Source: Eledone cirrhosa (taxonomy: Eukaryota). Taken from it: 64,000 bases of DNA. The notes below the pieces were generated by a model. That model worked only from the letters and a program-made list of their open reading frames with translations, was not told the origin of the DNA and did no database searches. Shown here piece by piece: positions 44,567 to 60,373 of this stretch. Made by a program: the position numbers and the translations under genes. The stretch covers positions 27,776,001 through 27,840,000 of the forward strand of contig OZ024761.1 in NCBI GenBank assembly GCA_964016885.1, given 5' to 3'. Numbering within the stretch: the first letter of the stretch is position 1; each line of letters opens with the position of its first letter.

Positions 44567-45200
44567 GCCGTGGATTTGTAGTAATCTATAGAGGGTCGGA
44601 TGCAATGCTTTGACGCATAGAGTTACGGCCCTTTCCATTCTGAGTTCAAATTAACTTTGCCTTTCATCCTTAAGGGGTCGATCAAATAAAGTACCGGTAA
44701 TACACTGGGATCTATTTAATCGACCCCCCCCCACAGATTATTGGCCTTGCGCCTAAATCATAAAACTTTATTTTTTACTTTATTATTTTGTTACCCGGGT
44801 GGTGGATGGCCAGTATCGGTGGAGCGTCGGACGCCATGCTTTGCAGCATAGAGTTATGGCCCTTTCCATTCTGAGTTCAAATCCCGCCGAGGTTAATTTG
44901 CCTTTTATCCTTACGTGGTCGATAAAATAAAGTACCAGTAATACACTGGGGTAATTGTTGGCCTTGTGCCAAAAGTAGAAACAAATATTTTCTACTCGAT
45001 ATGCAGAGCCGTGGATTGGCAGTAATATGTAGAGGATCGAACAAAATCTGTTTACCTTTTGAATTAAAATCGCACCGAGGTTAGCTTTGCCTTTCATCCT
45101 TACGATGTCGATAAAATAAAGTACCAGTAATGAACTGGGTTCAATTTAATCGACTCCTCCCCATAGTTCATTGGACTTAAATCAGAAAACTTTATTTTTT
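44567..45200 (+). mobile_element. Array of three SINE copies
   Basis: Starts near 44567, 44798 and 45008; core ctttgcctttcatcctta..gtcgat in each. Confidence 0.85.
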
Positions 45201-45242
45201 ACTCGATATATTTGTAGATCGAAAATGAGTATTTTATAATAG

Positions 45243-45368
45243 TTTCTTCATCGTGCGTAGAGCCGACTAGTTCCACCTCTGCCTTCCATAGCTGGCTGTC
45301 CCGTTCCAGCCCCTCTGCATCCACCAAGGCGACGTCGATCCTCTGGCGATCTTCCTTAACCACATTGG
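45243..45368 (-). mobile_element. RTE-like LINE extreme 3' fragment
   Basis: NVVKEDRQRIDVALVDAEGLERDSQLWKAEV fits the RTE C-terminal pattern DxVxxD...A...AxDRxxWR. Confidence 0.5.
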
Positions 45369-46110
45369 GGATTGGGGTGCAAATTATGGAGGAAATAACA
45401 TCGTATTTTGTGAAACTATTGAATGATAGTTTACTGTTGAAAACCATGCCAGGCAGTATGTCAAGACCTGCTTGCGAACTAGATAGTAAACGTGACAAGG
45501 TTCCTGTCTAGTCTGGTTATGTCTTCTTATTCTTCTTTTCGCTCGTCTGCTGGAAGCCAGCGCTTTGAGCCAATCTGGTTATGTAGAACAATAAAACGAT
45601 GGGTTAACCAAAGCAGGCAGTGTATTGAGAGCTACAAGGGAACTACACATATAATATAATAGTGTTTCTGGTTTGTCTAGCAATAAAAATACTCAACACA
45701 CGTTCACGTTCAAGAGTATGAGGTTCTAATACTAGCAGCGCAAAGTTTTCTATGCTGAGGGATGCCCATATATACCACCGAGGTCTACTTCGTCATTTCA
45801 TCCCTCAGGTATTTCAATATAAAATAAAGCACAGGTATAGAAATGAGTTCGATGTTACCATTTAAACCTCTTCAGCTGAATTACTTGCTCTTTGCCTCGT
45901 GCTTATTATAGAAACGATAATTACCTGTCGATAGATGGAGCAGAATCGCTAGCTCTGTGGCTAAACTCAGTCTATTCAGAATCATTACGTTCTTTGTTCA
46001 TTTATTCAAATGCGACCTAGACCAAATACGCCATTCACATTTACAGAGATCATACAATAAAATAAGTCCCAACTTCTGTAGATTTGTGAGAAATAGATGT
46101 TATCATTATT

Positions 46111-47078
46111 AGGGCGGTGGATTGGCAGTATCGGTAGAGGGTCGGGCGCCATGCTTTGGCGTATTGAGTTACGGCCCTTCTGAGTTCAAATCCCGCCGAG
46201 GTTAACTTTGCCTTTCATCCTTACGGGGTCGATAAAATAAAGTACCAGTAATGCACTGGTGATTTGCTGGCCTTGTGCCAAAAGTAGAAACAATTATTTT
46301 GGTACTAGGGCGGTAGTTTGGCAGTATCAGTAGACCGTCAGACACTATGCTTTGCAGCATAGAGTAATGGCCCTGTACGTTCAGAGTTCAAATCCACCGA
46401 GGTTAACTTTGTCTTTCATCCGTACGAGGTCGATAAAATAAAGTACCAGTAATGAACTGGATAATTGTTGGCCTTGTGCCAAAGGTAGAAACAATTATTA
46501 TTATTATTACTGAGGGGGGGGGCTGTAGCGGTGGAGCGTCAGACACCATGTTTTGTAGCATAGAGTTATGGCCTTTTACGTTGAGTTCAAATCCTGCCGA
46601 GATTAACTTTGCCTTTCATCCTTACAGGGTCGATAAAATAAAGTACCAGTCACGCACTGGGGTCGATTTAATCGACTTTCCCCTCCCCCAAAATTTGCTG
46701 GCCTTGTGCCTATATAAGAAAGCATTAGAGGGTCAGACATGCTTTCCAGCGTAGTTACGTCCCTTTACGATCTGGGTTCAAATCGAGGTTAACTTTGCCT
46801 TCCATCCTTACAGGGTCGATAAAATAAAGTACCAGTAATGTACTGGTGGCGATTGCTGACCTTGTGCCAAAAGTAGAAACAATTATTATTATTGTTACTA
46901 GAACATCAGACACCATGCTTTGCAGCATTGTGTTATGGCCCTTTACATACTGAGTTCAAATCCCGCCGAGGTTAACTTTGTCTTTCATCCTTACGGGGGT
47001 CGATAAAATAAAGCACCAGTAATACACTGGGGTAATTTACTGGCCTTGTGTCATGTGTAGAAACGATTATTATTATTC
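46111..47078 (+). mobile_element. Head-to-tail array of five SINE copies (more degenerate copies at about 45720-46075)
   Basis: Starts near 46111, 46308, 46525, 46727 and 46900. Confidence 0.9.
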
Positions 47079-47223
47079 TCTGCTTTTATCATGTTGAAGT
47101 TATAAGTGTTTAGAAAATTTGTTTCTTTGAATATTGTCGACACAGCATATGTAAACTATTTGTGGAAGCTGGAAGCCTGGAGACTAAGTGACCACAAAAA
47201 CTTCCACCAACCAGACAATGATA

Positions 47224-47296
<73 letters not shown>

Positions 47297-47358
47297 TCTT
47301 GATTAGGAATGGGAATAGAGGTATATAAACACAAGTACACACACTCACACAAATATAT

Positions 47359-47401
<43 letters not shown>

Positions 47402-47531
47402 TAATATATAATGTATATATATATATATTTATAATATATATAATATATATATAGACACATACATATATATATATATATATATACACATGTATATAGACAT
47501 ATATATATATATGTATATATACATATTTATA

Positions 47532-47595
<64 letters not shown>

Positions 47596-47888
47596 TATAT
47601 AGACATATATACATATATCCGCACACACATACGTATATAAATATATTTTCACAGACAAACATATATATTTGTATATATTCATATATTAGTGAGCGTGTTT
47701 CTGTATCTGTGCGTATCACATGATAATGTTGGGTGGGGTGGGGTGTGTGTGTGTGTGGTGGTGGTGGTGGGGGGGGGGGGGGGCGACTTAACAATGTGAC
47801 AGTATATCTGATGATGAACATCCAAGTTAAGGAAACGAGTCTGCAATCAAACAAATGTGTGGATATATATATATATATATACATACAT

Positions 47889-47957
<69 letters not shown>

Positions 47958-47992
47958 CACACACACACAAACACATATATATATATATATAT

Positions 47993-48100
<108 letters not shown>

Positions 48101-48117
48101 ATATATATATGTATATA

Positions 48118-48177
<60 letters not shown>

Positions 48178-48592
48178 TGTATGTATATATATATATATGG
48201 ATGAGTGCGCGCGATTATATCATTTTATAAACGCATATATATATATATATATATATTCGTACATATATTTATATATATGCATACACACATCCATATGTTT
48301 TCGCATGCGTGAATATATAAGTGTGTCTATGCGTATGTGTGCATATGTGTGTATATATGTGTGTATAGAAACGCGTGTATGTGAGGAAATATATTCATAT
48401 TTTCCTGTTGGACAATGCTTTGTTGGTAACCGAATTTAATAAATTGCGTGAACAGCAGATAAGCCAAGTATAACTCGCAAGCATCAATGCATCCTCAGAG
48501 ATAGAAGAACCTATGCAGGCTACACAACACCACACCACATTACACACTCACATATCTGTAATAGTAGAACACATACATATATACGTACATAG

Positions 48593-48636
<44 letters not shown>

Positions 48637-48653
48637 ATATATATATATATATG

Positions 48654-48802
<149 letters not shown>

Positions 48803-48939
48803 TATATATATATATATATATATTTATTTATATATATGTATATGTTATATATATATATGTATATATTTATATATATATATATATATATATATAATTATAT
48901 GGTTCTAAATATATATATATATATATTTATTTATATGTT

Positions 48940-48986
<47 letters not shown>

Positions 48987-49117
48987 TTATTTATATATTT
49001 ATTTATATTTATATATATATATTTATGTATTTATATATATATATATATACATACATACATATTTATATATTTATATATTTATATATATATATATATATAT
49101 ATATTTATTTATATGTT

Positions 49118-49168
<51 letters not shown>

Positions 49169-49251
49169 TTATTTATATATTTATTTATATTTATATATAT
49201 ATATTTATGTATTTATATATATATATATATATACATACATACATATTTATA

Positions 49252-49288
<37 letters not shown>

Positions 49289-49362
49289 GTTTATATATAT
49301 ATATATATATATTTATGTTTATATATATATATATACATATATATATATTTATGTTTATATAT

Positions 49363-49394
<32 letters not shown>

Positions 49395-49837
49395 TATATA
49401 TATGTTTATGCTTATATATATATATATTGTAAGAGTATATGCATATATATTAAATATATTATACTTATATCTTATAGATATACATATGTATATACATATG
49501 TATATATATATGTGTGTGTATGTGTGTGTGTGTGTGTGTGGTAGGTGAATGAACTGGCTGCTAATACTCTTTTAAACATATACCGTGGCTCAAGATGTAA
49601 CATTCCATTACACATTCACACATTAGTATTACATACTTGCACACACACACGCACACACACACACACACACACGCACACACACACACACACACATATGCAT
49701 TACTACATGAATATATATATATATATATATACTATATATGTGCGTAATAATATATATATATATGCATAAATGTATATGTATAAATACGTATATATATATA
49801 TAAATGTATATATACATATATATATATATATGTATAT

Positions 49838-49915
<78 letters not shown>

Positions 49916-49945
49916 GTATATATATATATACGTATATATATATAA

Positions 49946-50082
<137 letters not shown>

Positions 50083-50187
50083 TATATATATATATATATA
50101 TATATAAATATATATATACGTATAGATATATATATATGTGTGTGTGTGTGTTTATGCGTTGATATATGTATGCATCCTAAACAGATT

Positions 50188-50274
<87 letters not shown>

Positions 50275-50539
50275 CTGTCTACGTTTTTGTACGTATGCAT
50301 ATTCGTCACACGTTCAAGTATGTGTGGATGTGTACGTAACGCGTAGATAGAAGAGATAAAGGAATAAAAGAGCGTCAGTAAGGGGAGTTAATTCCATTAA
50401 GCCAGTGACTGTTCCGGTTGAGCAGCGCTGTCGAATAACATCTGCTGAAGAATTCATAAAACAGACTTTATTCTCCAGACGAAACAACATCACTAAGAAA
50501 TATATAATCAATAACAACTATAACGATGATGGTGATAAT

Positions 50540-50729
50540 GCCACTACTACTGCTGTTGCTGCTGCTGCTGCTGCTGCTACCGATACTGCTGCTACTGCTA
50601 CTACTGCTGCTCTACTTCCACTACTACTGCTGCTTCTACTTCTACTGCTGCTATTATTACTACCACCACCAGCACTACTTCTACTTACTACTGCTACTGT
50701 GGCTTATACTGCCAATACTGCCATATTGC

Positions 50730-50760
<31 letters not shown>

Positions 50761-50777
50761 ACTACTGTTGCTGCCAA

Positions 50778-50823
<46 letters not shown>

Positions 50824-50950
50824 GATATTACTATTGATGCTACTACTGCTACTACTACTACGGGTGCTGCTGCTACTACCACCACTGCTACTGCCACTAC
50901 TAGTGCTGTAGCTGTTGCTGCTTCTGCTCCTCCTACTACTACTACTATTG

Positions 50951-51013
<63 letters not shown>

Positions 51014-51014
51014 T

Positions 51015-51058
<44 letters not shown>

Positions 51059-51059
51059 T

Positions 51060-51091
<32 letters not shown>

Positions 51092-51150
51092 CTCCTCCTC
51101 CTCCTCCTCCTCCTCCTACTACTACTACTACTACTATTACTACTACTACT
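50540..51150. repeat. (ACT)n/(GCT)n/(CCT)n compound tract
   Basis: Direct reading. Confidence 0.95.
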
Positions 51151-51780
51151 TCCTGCCTAATGGAAGGTGGTTGGGTGATCTTCACGATGGACTCAGCTGA
51201 TGGCTGTGTTCCTTCTACGTCTGAAAGTAGATGGTCGACATAAACCCACATGTTAGCACTGATTGTCCACTCTATAAGCGCATACCGAACGATTTCATGC
51301 CAAACGTGCATCAGGCCTGTTCTGGGTGACGGCATTTCCACGCCTGTTAAATATATCTCGCCCTAGCAATATTCCTCGGTAGCACTCTGCCAGACCATAG
51401 ATATGTGAAAACATATCATCCATAGACTCTGGAACGAAATTGATTTAAAAAACAGTGGCTAGTTGATTTTCGTCGACGCCCGTTTACTCCCTGGGGTAAA
51501 ACCCGCGAGTAAAACCGTTCCTCAAAGGAACGCCAAGGTAGAATTTCTATGGATTGTACAGCCGGATTGGCAAAGGGCTATGGGCGCTTGAAGACATTCC
51601 GGGTCTCTGCGTTCTGTTTGTAAATTACACAGCCGTCTAATTCACCTTTTATACTTTCGGCGTACCAACCCAGTTTACCTCAACAGCGATCTTTCCTTCC
51701 ACCTGTTACATTCTAGATGTTTCGCTGGAATTCATAACTTCAATTCGGGTTTCGTGCCAACCCTCACCTATGGTCATGGA
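51151..51780 (-). mobile_element. Old degenerate Tx1-like ORF2 fragment
   Basis: MWVYVDHLLSDVEGTQPSAESIVKITQPPSIRQE aligns by eye with LWVYVEHLLSRVGRIQLSAESIVRIAPPSSFSRE at 39019-39633; upstream limit uncertain. Confidence 0.65.
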
Positions 51781-51799
51781 TATTGGGTAATGACCGAAA

Positions 51800-52203
51800 T
51801 TATACTATCACGAATACAAGCGGCCGAAATGGATTCCTCCGAAGGTCTTTGGAGTAATGTTACTCGATAGAATTTGTAACTCGGAGATCAGAGAGTTACT
51901 CCAGGTAGAACCGCTACTTCTCCGATTTGCGCGATCACAGCTCCGATAATATGGACGTGTGGTTAGAATCGCTGAACAGATTTTATTGGCAAAAAACCAA
52001 CCGTCAGGAGACCCAGTGGTAGACCCCGAGCAAGATGGTTGGATAACATCCATGAGTTTGGCTGTTCTAGCTTGGACATCTTGCCGGATCACTTGGAGGC
52101 GGTTGCTTCTGACAGGACCCACTGGGAGGAGTGTTTGAGGATTCAGACCCCTACGACCCCCCTCAGCAATAATTGGGCGAAGTGGAAGAAGAAGAAGAAG
52201 AAA
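51800..52203 (+). mobile_element. RTE-clade LINE 3' fragment
   Basis: LLDRICNSEIRELLQVEPLLLRFARSQLR*YGRVVR...RPSGRPRARWLDNI...VASDRTHW; (GAA)n tail. Confidence 0.8.
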
Positions 52204-52563
52204 ATGCTTCGGTAGTTTAAAGGAGGAAGGTCGAGCGGCCGACTATGTTTGCTCACGACTCCATGGGCACAAAATCCCTGATCGAAAGCATGGTACATAA
52301 TAACACCAAGTCATACTCGGCTGCCTGTGACGGCTGTAATATCGCCCGAGGTATATCAACGTTAGTGACGAAAATATTGTTGTTTTCGTCAGAAATGAAA
52401 TGACGCGCGAAATAAAGAGTTTTGATAATGAATAAGGAAAGTCACTAGAATTACTGAGCGTTCATTTCTAGGTTCATCTGACTGTAAATACACAGAGTAA
52501 AGCTGACACGTCTCTCGTAAATTAAAAATTAGCTAACGTCGTTGACGGCAATGTATAATGATG

Positions 52564-52620
<57 letters not shown>

Positions 52621-53099
52621 GTGGTAGTAGTAGTAATAAAAATAATAATAATGTTGATGAACATAAAAAGAAAAGTGCTTAATATAGAAACGAGATTATT
52701 TTTCCCCCTCAGTAAATACCAGTGTCAGCCATATTAAATCTGACTGACAAAAAGGAACACCAAAGGTCAAAAACACTGCCTTCTTTTCTTCCCTCACTAA
52801 CGTTGGTAGCAGATAAAATCTACGAAAAAAAGCGTACAGAATAAATATATATTTTTTTCATTAGGGTCCTTCTTTTCATGGAAGAAATGATGCATGATGT
52901 AATAAAGAGTAAGAAATCTGAGATTCAATAATAAATACAATTGGTTGTGTATTGTAATGGTGTGATGTCGAAAGGAATTGGATTGGAAATAATAACCAAG
53001 GCTGTTATGGTGATGAACTGTTAAGATAAACATGACATTTAGCAAACTACAATTTCTGTTTGACAGACCTGCTGTCTCCCTTCTCTCTTTCTTTTCCTC

Positions 53100-53236
<137 letters not shown>

Positions 53237-53453
53237 CATAATATGTATATAATACATAATATATATATATACATAATATATATATATATGTATATATATA
53301 TAATATATATATATATTATATATATATATATATATTATGTATATATATATATATTATATATATATATATATTATGTATATATATATATTGTATATATATA
53401 TATATATATATATATTATGTATATATATATATTATATATATATATTATATATA

Positions 53454-53540
<87 letters not shown>

Positions 53541-54177
53541 GTATATATATATATTATATATATATATATATATATATTATGTATATATATATATTTATAC
53601 ACGCTCAGGACCACGCTCATATATATAATTATACTTTTATACTATATAGATCTTGTGTTTCTCTGAACTAGCTGGAAACCTATTGCACACAACAACCACG
53701 TATCTCTAATTACTCCTGTCATCCATATTGTGTTTAGCCCAGGCGTCCTTAATAGAAGCTGTGCTACACTGGTCACTCATTTCTAAATATCCTTCCTGCC
53801 CGTTCTTTTTCCTCTACGACATACAGTTGTGCACATGACGCGTTTCAAAAATATTCTGGTCTAGAGTAAGGAAATAGGGGAAGGCATCCTTAAACCGGAG
53901 ATCAAGATCGACCGTTATCACCTAAGTTAATCCAAAGGACAGATGGTAATGCTAAAGATGGCGTCGGATTAAATTTAACAATCTACGAGGGAACGGTGGG
54001 ATTTGATCTCAGAGGAGAAAGAGCCGAAGCAAATACCGCAATGCTTGAGTTCACTACCCTGGATTGTTATGATGTTTAAAGGCACAGATAACATCATTTG
54101 AAATCATAACGTGTAAACACCATCAACCATTTCATTCGATCTTCTAACATGTCTTCCAAATCACCATCTGTCTTGTG

Positions 54178-54425
54178 ACGCTAAACTCCGCCAGTTGCAG
54201 ACTGCGCATTAACATGTGATATCTCTCTCCACAAAGTTCGATCACCAGCATCAGAGTTCAAAGAGCAAAGATCAAGTCCAGTCGATAAATTGACATTGTC
54301 GAACCATCGTTTTGGCTGCCGGCCTCTGCTTCTCAAACCAGCCAACCTTCCTTCCAGGCATAAGGTACTCACACCACGAGTTGATCTTTTTATATGGCCG
54401 TATAGTTTGAGTACTCTTGACTTAC
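54178..54425 (-). mobile_element. RTE-clade LINE 3' fragment
   Basis: SRVLKLYGHIKR...LEGRLAGLRSRGRQPKRWFDNV...AGDRTLWR. Confidence 0.8.
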
Positions 54426-55240
54426 AACTCTTTCTTCTAACATACCTTGAGCCAGCACGGAAGAGTAGGTTCATAAAATTAACATGAAATTACCATCTAA
54501 CAATTGTTCAAACTGAATATTAATTGTATATGTTTTTGAGCTCCGAAGTTCATAGTCCCTGCCTTATTTGCTAAGTACACCCCACAGCACAGACATTCAC
54601 TCACTCGTGACAGAAATTACTTATCAACCGAGTGAGAGGGAAACCCTTTATTGGAGATCAAAACTGAAAATTCAAATATAAAAAAAAGGAATTTTTTGTT
54701 GTTTGTCGTCTTTGATGACCCAATGCTGTTCAATTCTGTTTGTTAAGGAACGGAACCCTCGGTCACTAGTTTCATCTGAGCAGAGATTTCACACACTCAA
54801 TAAAAAACAAACATACAAACAAACAAAACAAGAGAAAACAAAACGAAAACAGTAAGAATTACATATCTCCTTTCTATCTTTTATAAATTGAAAATTAGAA
54901 AATTGGTCGCCATTGTTGAGGGCACCGGAAAAGTAGTTTAATCTACAAACAAGATTATTTTTCCTCCCACATAACTAGCAACGCGTGTTTAGCCTTTGTC
55001 TACGTGTATAACAAACAACAGGCTGTCGGAAATCACAGCTTTCATTTTGCAAACACGTAAGTCAACTTATCTGTCAGTAATTTTCCACATTAACTTCCAG
55101 TCATGCCTTTCAACAGTAATGCACTTGCAATTTTCATTCTATGGATTAGCTATTATAGTAATTTTCATCGAAACACTAGCACACTTCGATGTAGATGGCG
55201 GTAGTATTAGTGCCGCTGTTGCTTCTGTTGCTGCTGCTGC

Positions 55241-55283
<43 letters not shown>

Positions 55284-55329
55284 CTTATGGCAGTGGTAAT
55301 TTTTGGTGTAGTATTTTGGTGGTATTATT

Positions 55330-56345
55330 GGTGCTATTATTATTGTTGCTGTGACTGTGGTGGGGGTTGTAGTAGTAGTAGTGGTGGTGGATTTGTTGAT
55401 GTTGTCACGGTGGAATTGGTGATGATGGTGTAGTGCGTTGGTCGTATTAGCGATGTTGTTAGTGTTGCTGTTGTTGTGGCAGTGGTAAAGGTGGTGTAGT
55501 GTGTTGGTGATAGTGTTGGTGTGACTGTGGTGGGGGTTGTAGTAGTAGTGGTGGATTTGTTGATGTTGTCACGGTGGAATTGGTGATGATGGTGTAGTGC
55601 GTTGGTCGTATTAGCGATGTTACTGTTAGTGTTGCTGTTGTTGTGGCAGTGGTAAAGGTGGTGTAGTGTGTTGGTGGTAGTATTGGTGTGACTGTGGTGG
55701 GGGTTGTAGTAGTAGTGGTGGATTTGTTGATGTTGTAACGGTGGAATTGGTGATGATGGTGTAGTGCGTTGGTCGTATTAGCGATGTTACTGTTAGTGTT
55801 GCTGTTGTTGTAGCAGTGGTAAAGGTGGTGTAGTGTGTTGGTGGTAGTATTGGCGTCATTATTGTTGCTGTGACTGTGGTGGCGGTTGTAGTGTTAGTGG
55901 TGTAGTGTGTTGGTGGTAGTATTGGTGTGACTGTGGTGGGGGTTGTAGTAGTAGAGGTGAAGTGTGTTGGTAGTAGTATTGGTGTGAATGTGGTGGCGGT
56001 TGTAGTGTTAGTGGTGTAGTGTGTTGGTGTGACTGTGGTGGGTGTTGTAGTAGTAGTGGTGTAGTGTGTTGGTGGTAGTATTGGTGTGACTGTGATGGGG
56101 GTTGTAGTAGTAGTGGTGTAGTGTGTTGGTGGTAGTATTGGTGTGACTGTGATGGGGGTTGTAGTAGTAGTGGTGTAGGATGTTGGTGATAGTATTGGTG
56201 TCATTATTGTTGCTGTGACTGTGGTGGCGGTTGTAGTGTTAGTGGTGTAGTGTGTTGGTGGTAGTGTTGTTATTGTTGTTGTCATTGGTAACATGATAGT
56301 AGTAATGGTGGTGTATGTTGATGGTAGTATAGGTGTCATTGTTGT
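55330..56345. repeat. GTG/GTA-rich minisatellite (57 bp core unit plus longer duplications)
   Basis: gtagtggtgtagtgtgttggtggtagtattggtgtgactgtgatgggggttgtagta repeated; a longer block recurs near 55345, 55520 and 55685. Confidence 0.9.
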
Positions 56346-56466
56346 TGCTACTCTGGTGGTGGTGGTGGTGGTGGTGGTGAATTGTTGTTGTTGTTGTTGT
56401 TGTTGTATTGAAGATGATGATCGCGGTAGTTATATTTGTGGTGAACTTGTAAAACTTCGCATTTAC

Positions 56467-56467
<1 letters not shown>

Positions 56468-56528
<61 letters not shown>

Positions 56529-56598
56529 TATATATATATATATACACACCACACATACACACAGCACACACACATATATATATATATATATATACATA

Positions 56599-56642
<44 letters not shown>

Positions 56643-56732
56643 CATATGTATATAAACATATATATATATATATACATATATATATATTTATATATATATG
56701 TACATATATATATATACATACATATATATATA

Positions 56733-56803
<71 letters not shown>

Positions 56804-56924
56804 TTATATATATATTATAGATATATATTTATATTTATATATATTTATATATATATATTTATATATATATATATATTATAGATATATATTTATATATATA
56901 TATATTTATATATATTTATATATA

Positions 56925-57009
<85 letters not shown>

Positions 57010-57155
57010 TTATATATATTTATATATATATTATATATATATATTTATATTTATATATATATATATGTATATATATATTATATATATATATTTATATATA
57101 TATATTTATATTTATATATATATATATGTATATATATATAATATTTATATATATA

Positions 57156-57224
<69 letters not shown>

Positions 57225-57226
57225 TA

Positions 57227-57270
<44 letters not shown>

Positions 57271-57275
57271 TATTA

Positions 57276-57316
<41 letters not shown>

Positions 57317-57332
57317 TTATATTATATATGTA

Positions 57333-57390
<58 letters not shown>

Positions 57391-57425
57391 TATATATATA
57401 TATAGATATAAATGTATATATATAT
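56468..57425. repeat. (TA)n field
   Basis: Direct reading. Confidence 0.95.
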
Positions 57426-57645
57426 AAACTACCCTCTTAGAATTATCTCTAATAATCAATGTCAGCAGGTATATTGATATTGCTGTTCTCTTTTCAGCAT
57501 CGCCATTATTTCCATCACCATCATCACCATCATCATCATTATCATCCTTATCTCGTCCTCGTTGTTATTTTTCTTCGTTGTTTCTTTCAATTTCATCACT
57601 AAACCTCCTCTGTTTATTGTTTTACACCACTCCTCCCCATCGCTG

Positions 57646-57684
<39 letters not shown>

Positions 57685-57790
57685 CCGCCACCATTAAACA
57701 TTTATTTCGTGTTCGTGTTTCAGTTTGTCTATCTCCACCAGCATCTCTCTCTGCACAGCCACCTCTTTCTCACCTACCTTCATTGCTCCC

Positions 57791-57793
<3 letters not shown>

Positions 57794-57865
<72 letters not shown>

Positions 57866-57892
57866 CTATCTATGTATCTATCTATCTATCTA

Positions 57893-57981
<89 letters not shown>

Positions 57982-58008
57982 CTATCTATGTATCTATCTA
58001 TCTATCTA

Positions 58009-58074
<66 letters not shown>
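57794..58074. repeat. Duplicated (CT)n-(CTAT)n compound microsatellite
   Basis: The (ctat)n-gtat-(ctat)n-ctgt-(ct)n block occurs twice. Confidence 0.9.
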
Positions 58075-58076
<2 letters not shown>

Positions 58077-58340
58077 TTCGCTTCTCTTAATCCTAATTTC
58101 CCCCCCTTCTTCCTCTCTCTCTGTCCTCTTGCTCTCCTCCACAACTGTCACCACCTTCCCACAATCCTCTATTACACTTTCTATTTCCTCTCGTGTAATG
58201 CACTTCACACCACCCCTTCCCCTCCTTCTTCTCCTTCTCTTCTACTCCTCACACTGCTCTTTCACCCTTTCTATTCCGTCGTCACATTAAATGACAGAGG
58301 TATATTTATATATATATATGTATATTATAGGGTGCCATAG

Positions 58341-58377
<37 letters not shown>

Positions 58378-58397
58378 GTATATATAATATATATTTG

Positions 58398-58451
<54 letters not shown>

Positions 58452-58461
58452 GATATATATG

Positions 58462-58503
<42 letters not shown>

Positions 58504-58539
58504 TACATATATATATATGTATATATATATATAGATAAA

Positions 58540-58581
<42 letters not shown>

Positions 58582-58899
58582 GGATACATATATATATATA
58601 TAGATAAATATATATTATATATATATATATATACGGATACATATATATGTATATATATATATATATATATTATACATACACATATTATATACATATATAT
58701 ATAATATACATATATATAATATACATATATATATATAATATACATATATATATACATATATATATATCTATTATATACATACGTATATTGTATACATACA
58801 TATATATAGTGTGTATGATGTATCGTTGAATCAGGAATCTGACAGACAACAGCTTGACAAAGTTGACAGACGAGCGAGCTTTTAGTTAATTGAGCTTTT

Positions 58900-58918
58900 T
58901 GCCACAAGGTGGCGCAGA
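58900..58918 (+). promoter_or_regulatory. Candidate CTCF binding site
   Basis: TGCCACAAGGTGGCGCAG versus consensus CCAC(C/T)AG(G/A)(G/T)GGCGC, in a non-repetitive island; motif match only. Confidence 0.45.
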
Positions 58919-59340
58919 CGGTTGCAAGAATTCATAAAGTAAAATTGTAAATTTATCATTTAGGTTATCTTCCCCTTTGTCACCTGACCTCTGTCTCTAA
59001 TACAATAAAGAACGGCCAGCATCTTCATTGCAGTCGTTCAACGACGTCGACATGTGATCGACGAATTTCTTTGAAATATGTTTAATCGGGCAGGGAGGAC
59101 AGACGTGTGTGTAAATGTATTCATATGTGTGTGTATGTGTGTGTGTTTCTGTGTGTTCGTGTGTGTGTGTATGCAGCATGGCCGCCGAATAGTGAATATG
59201 TATCAAAGTATATATATATATATATATACATACATATACATATATATATACATGTATACATACATACAAACACATATATATATAAATACATACATATACA
59301 TATATACATACATATACATATATACATACATACATACATT

Positions 59341-59412
<72 letters not shown>

Positions 59413-60066
59413 AATCATAGCCGAATACTTAAGGTGTGTATGTGTGTACGGATATGTGTAGTTGTGTACGTATGAGTATGTAACTATGCATAAATATATA
59501 TATATATATATATACATGTGTGTGTGTGTGCATGCGCACGTGTTTCTGCATATATAGATGGCTGGGTGCATGTGTGTATGAACATATGTATATGTGGGTG
59601 GGTGTATGTATATATGTATGTAAAAAGAAATCGATGGGGGAAACATGTTCTTCAGTTCAATCTGCCAATCTGTCAGATTGACATATAGACAAGTATCTTC
59701 AACAGAGCTTCGGGCCGACGCGCACCTCGTGAGTGCATGTTTGTAGATGGAAACAGTGCGAAAGCCCATAATGTGAATTTTACTTGTAATTCCAACGCTC
59801 AGCCATTTTGTAGCACGATATACTCTTTCTGTCTCATAGAAGTTTTGTCTTCGTAGAAGTTTTGCATATATCCTAGCATAGCTTTCATTCAGGATACATG
59901 GACCGAGTAAAGGCAACACTAAAATGCATGTTTGGTAAACAGATCCTTTTATTCACAACTCATCTTTCTGAGACGTTAGACACAGGCTGATTGAACTCTT
60001 CAATATTCTTCGGCGAGACGGATGGCGATCAATTAACAAATCGAGAGATAGATATATCTATATATG

Positions 60067-60097
<31 letters not shown>

Positions 60098-60331
60098 GGG
60101 ATAACAAGTTATCGTTATAGGTAATCCAGTTAGAGGTTGTGAGTACTCTGCGTCGTGGATAGTTTTAACGTACGGCTTTGTTTGACTCAACAAGATGTTT
60201 CCAAAGTTATGCAGCGAGTTCGCGGTAATTCCTATGTAAGTTATACTTGGAGTAACAATAATGAAAGAAATAAAGTACTTTAAATAAAGCCCTTATTGTA
60301 CAGCCAACCATGTTACTCTTCACTCTTTAAC

Positions 60332-60371
<40 letters not shown>

Positions 60372-60373
<2 letters not shown>

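Noticed and set aside
59600-59920. Complex N-terminal part of ORF 59203-59919(-)
   Set aside because: No recognisable motif; cannot be supported as an exon or TE without a search.
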